From Minisyncoccota bacterium (lineage in GTDB: Bacteria; Patescibacteriota; Minisyncoccia; Phycocordibacterales; GCA-2401445), in the NCBI GenBank assembly GCA_040879725.1, contig JBBDJV010000020.1, positions 9,086 to 73,085 on the forward strand: DNA of 64,000 bases, read 5' to 3'. The notes under the pieces were generated by a model. That model worked only from the letters and a program-made list of their open reading frames with translations. It made no database searches and had not been told where the DNA came from. The position numbers and the translations under genes were made by a program. Positions within the stretch are counted from its first letter, which is position 1, and every line of letters starts with the position of its first letter. Of this stretch, positions 58,519-64,000 are shown piece by piece.

Positions 58519-58788
58519 CTAGAGCGATGAAGAGGTATCATCAGATAAATGTGTTTTCTCTTCTTCATACTCTTCCTCAGGTTCGGGAGAAGTATCTTTT
58601 GTGTCAGTATCTTGTGAATTTTCTACTTCATAAAACTCTTCAAAGTCATTTTTAAGTGAGAAAGAAAGAATTACGATAAGTGCACCAATTACTACAAAGG
58701 CAATTGTTTTCCATTCACTATACACCCCAAGCAATGGGATCAGTACCACAAAAATTCCAAGCCAAATAAGTATAGTGAGTTTTTTCAT
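58519..58788 (-). CDS. Small 2-TM protein with acidic tail
   Basis: Two hydrophobic helices then a D/E-rich tail; TATAAT 8 nt before the ATG. Confidence 0.7.
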   Translation of the reverse strand: MKKLTILIWLGIFVVLIPLLGVYSEWKTIAFVVIGALIVILSFSLKNDFEEFYEVENSQDTDTKDTSPEPEEEYEEEKTHLSDDTSSSL

Positions 58789-58878
58789 ACGCAAATATTA
58801 TATCGAAAATAGTTAGAAGAACCTAATATTGACCTGAATGCTATCTAGGGTAAAGTATAGGAGGAAGGAAAATTAGTT

Positions 58879-59154
58879 ATGACAAAACCACTAGCACTAA
58901 GCGAGGACATGTTCGTCCCTCTCGTCGACTGGTGGTTTGAGCTCAAATCACCAGTCGCGGGAACATTCCGCGGCAAAGTAACAAAGTATGAACTTCTCTC
59001 ACCTCACCAGGTTAATATCTCTTGGGTTGAAGAAGGAAACTCAAAAATCGTTACCCTTACGTTTTCCGTTTGGAAGGAGGAAGTTGGAAAAATCACCTTC
59101 AAAACGGACATGTTCGGAGAAACCGGAATTTTTACAAAGACCCTGATCGCGTAA
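58879..59154 (+). CDS. Hypothetical protein (91 aa)
   Basis: TTGACC-N16-TAAAGT promoter, GGAGG upstream, hairpin plus T-run at 59137-59175. Confidence 0.65.
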   Translation: MTKPLALSEDMFVPLVDWWFELKSPVAGTFRGKVTKYELLSPHQVNISWVEEGNSKIVTLTFSVWKEEVGKITFKTDMFGETGIFTKTLIA

Positions 59155-59207
59155 TGCGGTTGGGGTTTCTTTTTTAAAAAATTAAATAAGTTTTTAAACG
59201 AGATTTT

Positions 59208-59560
59208 CTGAACGAAATTTAACCTCGTTCAAAAAAATCCTGAGGTTTAACCTCAGGAAAAAAACCTCATGAGAAAAGTAACAGATATGACAACCACCAT
59301 AGATGCAAAAAACCCCAGGTGTACCGATATATCGGTACACCTTTATAAAAATAAATGCGCACGCCGGCGTGCGCATTTAAATGGCTTTGTTTAGCCATGT
59401 ATTTACCCTGTAGTATTCAATTTCCTACTGAACGAGATTAAACCTCGTTCAGAATTAGCTATATATAGCAACGTATTTTTCTCCCGAGGTTTAACCTCGC
59501 TGAAAAGTTTAACCTCGCTGAAAAGTTTCCTGAGGTTTAACCTCAGGAGAGAACCTTGGA
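59208..59560. repeat. REP-like palindrome cluster including compound element copy 3
   Basis: Six exact, degenerate or partial GAGGTTTAACCTC units, 26-bp palindrome 59317-59342, 28-bp core palindrome 59352-59379. Confidence 0.9.
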
Positions 59561-59575
59561 GAATACGTATTCGTA

Positions 59576-60253
59576 TTACGGTGCGATGATTACCGCAAAC
59601 TCTCCACGAAGCTTGTCTGTATTGTTTGCAAAGTATTCTATAACCTTCGCGGGTGTGCCCGACACTATTTCCTCATAAATTTTTGTTAGCTCTCTTGCTA
59701 TTGCGATAGTCCTCTCTGGAACGTATTCATTCAAAGACGCTAAAGTCTTTTCTATTCTGTGTGGAGATTCGTAAAACACAACAGTTCGTTTTGTCTCGGC
59801 TATCTCTTTAAAAAGTGTTTCTCTCCCCTTTTTATGGGGAATAAATCCAAAAAAAGTAAACTCATGCGCGGGCAATCCGGCAATCGAAAGTGCGGCAACA
59901 AGAGCTGAAGGTCCAGGAACCGCAACTATGTTTGCAGTTGGTAGTTTGGTGCGTATGTGGGACACAAGTACAACCCCGGGATCTGAAATACCAGGAGTTC
60001 CCGCATCTGACACAAGCGCAAGATTCTTCCCTTCGGAAAGCATTGCTACAATACTGTCTTCTTTGCCTTCCGTGCTGTGTGTGTGGTACGACATTGTTCG
60101 TGTCGGCACTCCGTATGTATCAAGAAGCCGTTTTGTCATACGCGTATCCTCACAAAGAATAATATCCACTTCCTTGAGCACTCGTAGTGCACGAAGTGTA
60201 ATATCCTCTAAGTTTCCTATAGGTGTACCTATAACATGTAATGTTCCGGTCAT
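59576..60253 (-). CDS. rsmI: 16S rRNA (cytidine1402-2'-O)-methyltransferase
   Basis: TPIGNLEDITLRAL, CEDTR, VSDAGTPGISDPG, YESPHR, ARELTK.YEE. Confidence 0.96.
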   Translation of the reverse strand: MTGTLHVIGTPIGNLEDITLRALRVLKEVDIILCEDTRMTKRLLDTYGVPTRTMSYHTHSTEGKEDSIVAMLSEGKNLALVSDAGTPGISDPGVVLVSHIRTKLPTANIVAVPGPSALVAALSIAGLPAHEFTFFGFIPHKKGRETLFKEIAETKRTVVFYESPHRIEKTLASLNEYVPERTIAIARELTKIYEEIVSGTPAKVIEYFANNTDKLRGEFAVIIAP

Positions 60254-61539
60254 AGCTCTGTGTGTTGAGTTAGTAAATGTGCAAGTTGATATATCGTTCC
60301 AGCACCAAGTGTTAAAATAACGCAGTCATCACCTTTCTCTTTAAGACATTCTTGCGCTTCAGGAAAAGAAACAATACTTTTTGTCTGCTGAACTGTTACC
60401 CCTATCTCCTTTGCTAACATAGATGAAGTGATACTTCCGTCATCTTTTTCTCGAGCAGGATAAATAGGAAGCAGGTATACCTCATCTGCTCCTTGAAGCG
60501 CTTCCACAAAACCATCGAAAAGCTGTTTTGTTCGAGAAAACAAATGTGGTTCAAAGACCACAATAATTTTTTTATCCGGGAATAGCTCACGAGCACCCTG
60601 AAGTGTTGCGGATATTTCAGTTGGATGGTGCGCATAGTCATCATACACCTTCGCGCCACCTAAGGAGAGACCTTTGTATTCAAACCTACGCCACGTTCCC
60701 GAAAATGTTTCTAATTCTTTTTCAATATCACTCTGCGAAAACCCAAGTTTTGTAAGTAATGCAACTACAGCCCCCGCGTTTTTTCGATTATGGTCACCTG
60801 GTGAACGAAGCGAAACATCCGCACTACGGTACGGAACAACTGTCGCAGAAACGCTCTCAAGTATTTTCTTTACCTGATCATCTGTTGTATCCGCAACCAC
60901 GAACCCCTCTTTGGGCACGCGATTGGCGAGTTCAGAAAATGCATTTGAAATATCATCAATATCTTTATAGTAATCAAGGTGATCCGGCTCAATGTTCGTA
61001 ATAATCAAATGATTTGGGTTAAGTGCGAGAAAAGAACGTTTGTATTCGCACGCCTCAAGAACGACATATTTTCCATTTCCGTGAATATAGTTTGTTCCTG
61101 TTTCAGACAGTAGCGACCCCACTACAACAGTCGGAGAGGCACCGAGCCCTTTGAGCACGTGCCCTACCATAGCGGTTGTTGTTGTCTTTCCGTGAGTTCC
61201 TGATATCGCGATGACCTCTTTTCCTTCAGTCACATTTGCAAGAGCTTCAGAATACGTAAACAAAGGTACCTCCATTTTTTTTGCTTCTTGGTATTCCGGA
61301 TTTGTATCAGACAGTGCAACAGTATAAACAACTGCATCAATATTTTCAGGAAGTACTCCTTCATTTTGGGTATAGGAAATAGGAATACCTAACGCCTCAA
61401 GATCCAGAGTTATTCTGCTCGTGCTTATATCAGAGCCACTTACTAGAACACCCTCTTCAAGCAATAGCCGAGCAACAGCGGACATTCCGATCCCACCTAT
61501 GCCGATAAAGTGAACATGCTTTGCCTCTTTTAGTTTCAT
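60250..61539 (-). CDS. murC: UDP-N-acetylmuramate--L-alanine ligase
   Basis: HFIGIGGIGMS, GTHGKTTTT, EACEY, DHLDYY, DDYAHHPTE. Confidence 0.95.
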   Translation of the reverse strand: MKLKEAKHVHFIGIGGIGMSAVARLLLEEGVLVSGSDISTSRITLDLEALGIPISYTQNEGVLPENIDAVVYTVALSDTNPEYQEAKKMEVPLFTYSEALANVTEGKEVIAISGTHGKTTTTAMVGHVLKGLGASPTVVVGSLLSETGTNYIHGNGKYVVLEACEYKRSFLALNPNHLIITNIEPDHLDYYKDIDDISNAFSELANRVPKEGFVVADTTDDQVKKILESVSATVVPYRSADVSLRSPGDHNRKNAGAVVALLTKLGFSQSDIEKELETFSGTWRRFEYKGLSLGGAKVYDDYAHHPTEISATLQGARELFPDKKIIVVFEPHLFSRTKQLFDGFVEALQGADEVYLLPIYPAREKDDGSITSSMLAKEIGVTVQQTKSIVSFPEAQECLKEKGDDCVILTLGAGTIYQLAHLLTQHTEL

Positions 61540-61628
61540 TTGAACAGCATACCATGCAATACAAAATATTGACAATACAGAAAAATACGACATAATAGCG
61601 ACAGTTCTGAACCTCAACAACTGAATAC

Positions 61629-62546
61629 ATGATAACCTTCACTGATACTAGCTATCTGACTCACAAGTATATTTTACCGAACAGATTCAAACCTCAAGTA
61701 ACAGTTCTATTGTATAGTGGACCTCATGACTGGAGACTGCGGAAAAATCCGCGGAATGATTGTAAATTTGATAGCGAAAACACGACTTACATCTGTAATC
61801 GCATCATGGAAAAGTACCAAATTCATGATCTCTACATACCCTGCACAAGGGAGTGCGGAAGCAAGAGTGCTCCTCAAGAAGATTTCATCACCAGAGAAAC
61901 TTATCCATCTCCCAAGAATGAATCCGCCACGGAAAAGTTTCCCTTTTTTGTTAATCTCAAGCTATCTCGCGGACCAGCAGATGCATTCTTGCTACCACCG
62001 AAATCAGCCGGGGTAATATTCCCCGCTGATTGTAGAACAGTTGTTCTCATGAACCGTGCGACTGGCGAAGTTGCAATGGCACACGCATCCCTCTCCGGAC
62101 TACTTGAAGAAAGCAAGCTGTGTGAGGATACAAGTAAACACTACCCTTTGGGGCGAGAAGTGGTAGAAGAAGAGAGTGTCGTGCTTGAAGCGCTTCGTAT
62201 CATTCTCCAAAAAGGCGGAACCCCAAAAGATGTTCACGCATATTCATTCCTCGGTATTTCACCGAAAGGGATGAAGTACCCGATAGACCACCCCACATTC
62301 GGGGACAAAAACAGACGGGTACTCAAGTACCTCCGCTGGCTGGAAAGTGATGCTGGACGTGTTGGAAGTTGTGTAGTTGACGACTGTAATATCAACCTAA
62401 GAGGTATCATCTATGCACAACTATCACTCGCCGGTGTTACTGAGTTTTTCCAGGATGAAATCCACACAGACTTTGATAGTCACTGGCATAGCTTTCGTCG
62501 AAACCGGACCAAGGAGCGCAACATGGTGCTAGTGGCACATCACTGA
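61629..62546 (+). CDS. Divergent YfiH/PgeF (laccase-domain) family protein
   Basis: ADAF, ADC..VVL, AHAS, INL..I..QL..AG, SFRR...ERN motifs. Confidence 0.75.
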   Translation: MITFTDTSYLTHKYILPNRFKPQVTVLLYSGPHDWRLRKNPRNDCKFDSENTTYICNRIMEKYQIHDLYIPCTRECGSKSAPQEDFITRETYPSPKNESATEKFPFFVNLKLSRGPADAFLLPPKSAGVIFPADCRTVVLMNRATGEVAMAHASLSGLLEESKLCEDTSKHYPLGREVVEEESVVLEALRIILQKGGTPKDVHAYSFLGISPKGMKYPIDHPTFGDKNRRVLKYLRWLESDAGRVGSCVVDDCNINLRGIIYAQLSLAGVTEFFQDEIHTDFDSHWHSFRRNRTKERNMVLVAHH

Positions 62547-62589
62547 GTCATTTGTCGGTAAGGAGTTTCAACGGCGGTCTGAACGAAGT

Positions 62590-63915
62590 TCAGACCGCTT
62601 TTTTTATTGCCTCAACCTCAGAAACAAATACATCATTTCGTTCATACTCATTTTTAAACTCATGACTAAATGAAGCAAATCCCGGACTAAAAAGTATAGC
62701 CCCTCCCTTCTCTGTCTGTCTGAATGCTTCTGCAATACATTCTGAAAGTGTTTTGTATTCTGAATAAGGAATAGAAATGCCAACTTTTAAACGCTCTGTT
62801 CCTGTACCAGATAATAGAGTAAGTTTGGAAACTTTATTTTGAATCTCATCAAAAAGTTTATCAAGAGAAAGTCCTTTGTCAGTCCCTCCTATGATAAGAG
62901 TAACAGAGCTATTTTGAATGGCTTTCAACCCCGCAATAACCGCATCGGGTGTCGTGGAATTATTATCATTTATAACCAACACACCGGAAACCTCCCCCAT
63001 CACCTCAAGCCTTCCTGGCACACCAGCAAATGTTTGTATATGTTTGAGCGCATTCTCTTTTTCAATACCAAATGCAAGCAAGCTGGAAAGCGCACACGCT
63101 ACATTCTGTTTGTTGTGATCCCCGATAAGTTTTACAGGTATATTCAAAACATCCTCTTTTTTTGCAACAACCGCTCTTTGTTTCGCGTCTTCATATGTAC
63201 CGGTAAGAAATGTAGCTACTTGAGGAGAAATAACCAACGTATCTGAACTAGATTGATAAGCAAAAATTGCAGACTTATCATGTAAATACGTTTGCATGTC
63301 GTTCTGGTAATAGTTCATATGATCCGGCATAAAACTGGTAAAGACTGCAATGTGCGGACTTATCTTCTCTTCATGAAAACCTTGCAATTGCCACGAATCA
63401 AGCTCCAGCACTGCGCAATCATACTGTGAAATATCAGACAATAACCTCAGTGTAGATACTCCACGAACGTTACCACCAAGCAGTGGCTTTTTCCCAACTC
63501 CCGTAAGTACATGATGTATGATATGCGTCACGGTTGATTTTCCTCTTGTTCCTGTTACTCCGATAATAGGAATACCTGCGAACCGAGCAAACAGCGCGGT
63601 ACTCATTGATACCGGAATATTGTTTTTCTTAGCTTCAGTTATAAATACAGAATCTAGAGGTACATTTGCACCTTTTATTATTAAATCCCTCCCTATAAAA
63701 TCTTCTACCCTATGTCCTCCCAGGTGAAGCGTGATATTTTTCTTCTCTTTCAACTGCTTCACGGAAGATTCAAGCTCAGCTTCTGTTTTTGTATCAGTCA
63801 CGATAACCTCCGCTCCACACTCAGAAAGAAAAAGTGCGTCACCAACTCCACGACCAAGAACACCCAGTCCCATGAGTGTTATTTTTTTCCCTTTAAAGTA
63901 ATCCCGCCAATCCAT
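62590..63915 (-). CDS. murD: UDP-N-acetylmuramoyl-L-alanine--D-glutamate ligase
   Basis: GVTGTRGKST, ELDSWQL, PDHMNYY, GRLE, GGTDKG, SPGFASF..NEYER. Confidence 0.95.
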   Translation of the reverse strand: MDWRDYFKGKKITLMGLGVLGRGVGDALFLSECGAEVIVTDTKTEAELESSVKQLKEKKNITLHLGGHRVEDFIGRDLIIKGANVPLDSVFITEAKKNNIPVSMSTALFARFAGIPIIGVTGTRGKSTVTHIIHHVLTGVGKKPLLGGNVRGVSTLRLLSDISQYDCAVLELDSWQLQGFHEEKISPHIAVFTSFMPDHMNYYQNDMQTYLHDKSAIFAYQSSSDTLVISPQVATFLTGTYEDAKQRAVVAKKEDVLNIPVKLIGDHNKQNVACALSSLLAFGIEKENALKHIQTFAGVPGRLEVMGEVSGVLVINDNNSTTPDAVIAGLKAIQNSSVTLIIGGTDKGLSLDKLFDEIQNKVSKLTLLSGTGTERLKVGISIPYSEYKTLSECIAEAFRQTEKGGAILFSPGFASFSHEFKNEYERNDVFVSEVEAIKKAV

Positions 63916-63945
63916 ATATGATAATACTAGCGTATTTTAGAAAAT

Positions 63946-63979
63946 AAAAAAGCGCGACAACCTGTCAGTTGTCGCGCTT
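63946..63979 (-). terminator. Intrinsic terminator upstream of murD
   Basis: GCGCGACAAC...GTTGTCGCGC stem followed by a T-run on the minus strand. Confidence 0.7.
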
Positions 63980-64000
63980 GCCAAATGTACCAATCCTCAA

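Noticed and set aside
59194-59376. 60-aa minus-strand ORF in the palindrome cluster
   Set aside because: It is composed of repeat sequence and has no protein-like features
24540-59420. 35-kb invertible segment between the inverted 82-bp repeats
   Set aside because: No invertase is seen, genes inside and outside are co-oriented, and the neu genes continue across the left repeat
59208-59560. Possible CRISPR array
   Set aside because: Repeat spacing and arms are irregular, there are no constant-length spacers, and no cas genes are in the window
1-64000. Alternative genetic code (UGA=Gly as in Gracilibacteria)
   Set aside because: Full-length conserved genes end at TGA (e.g. hisS, murD) and show no internal TGA

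Overview
64-kb chromosomal segment of a bacterium using genetic code 11. Gene content and style point to Patescibacteria/CPR (Parcubacteria-like), which is an inference: compact AT-rich intergenics, few Shine-Dalgarno motifs, a TraD-like ATPase, a lamin-tail/PKD protein and an O-antigen-ligase-TPR protein. Housekeeping genes (pyk, truB, hisS, rmuC, P-type ATPase, yqeY, secA, murB, rsmI, murC, murD) flank a GT4-GH57-DUF5752-GH15 alpha-glucan operon and a ~33-kb surface-glycan locus (about 21.0-53.6 kb). The locus encodes nonulosonate synthesis, TagF-like and GT2/GT4/GT-C transferases, a flippase and six methyltransferases. It also carries a phosphonate module (pepM-ppd-Fe-ADH) bounded by an exact 23-bp direct repeat that duplicates the 3' end of a deacetylase gene. 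Non-coding highlights: a dispersed compound-palindrome family (core TGCGCACGCCGGCGTGCGCA, 3 copies, each with a different partner palindrome), a dense GAGGTTTAACCTC REP-like cluster, several promoter-terminator units that look like small RNAs or microproteins, and -10 boxes sitting 5-9 nt before many start codons (leaderless mRNAs). No rRNA, tRNA, CRISPR array, integrase or transposase was recognised. All family assignments are from motif recognition by eye, not database searches.
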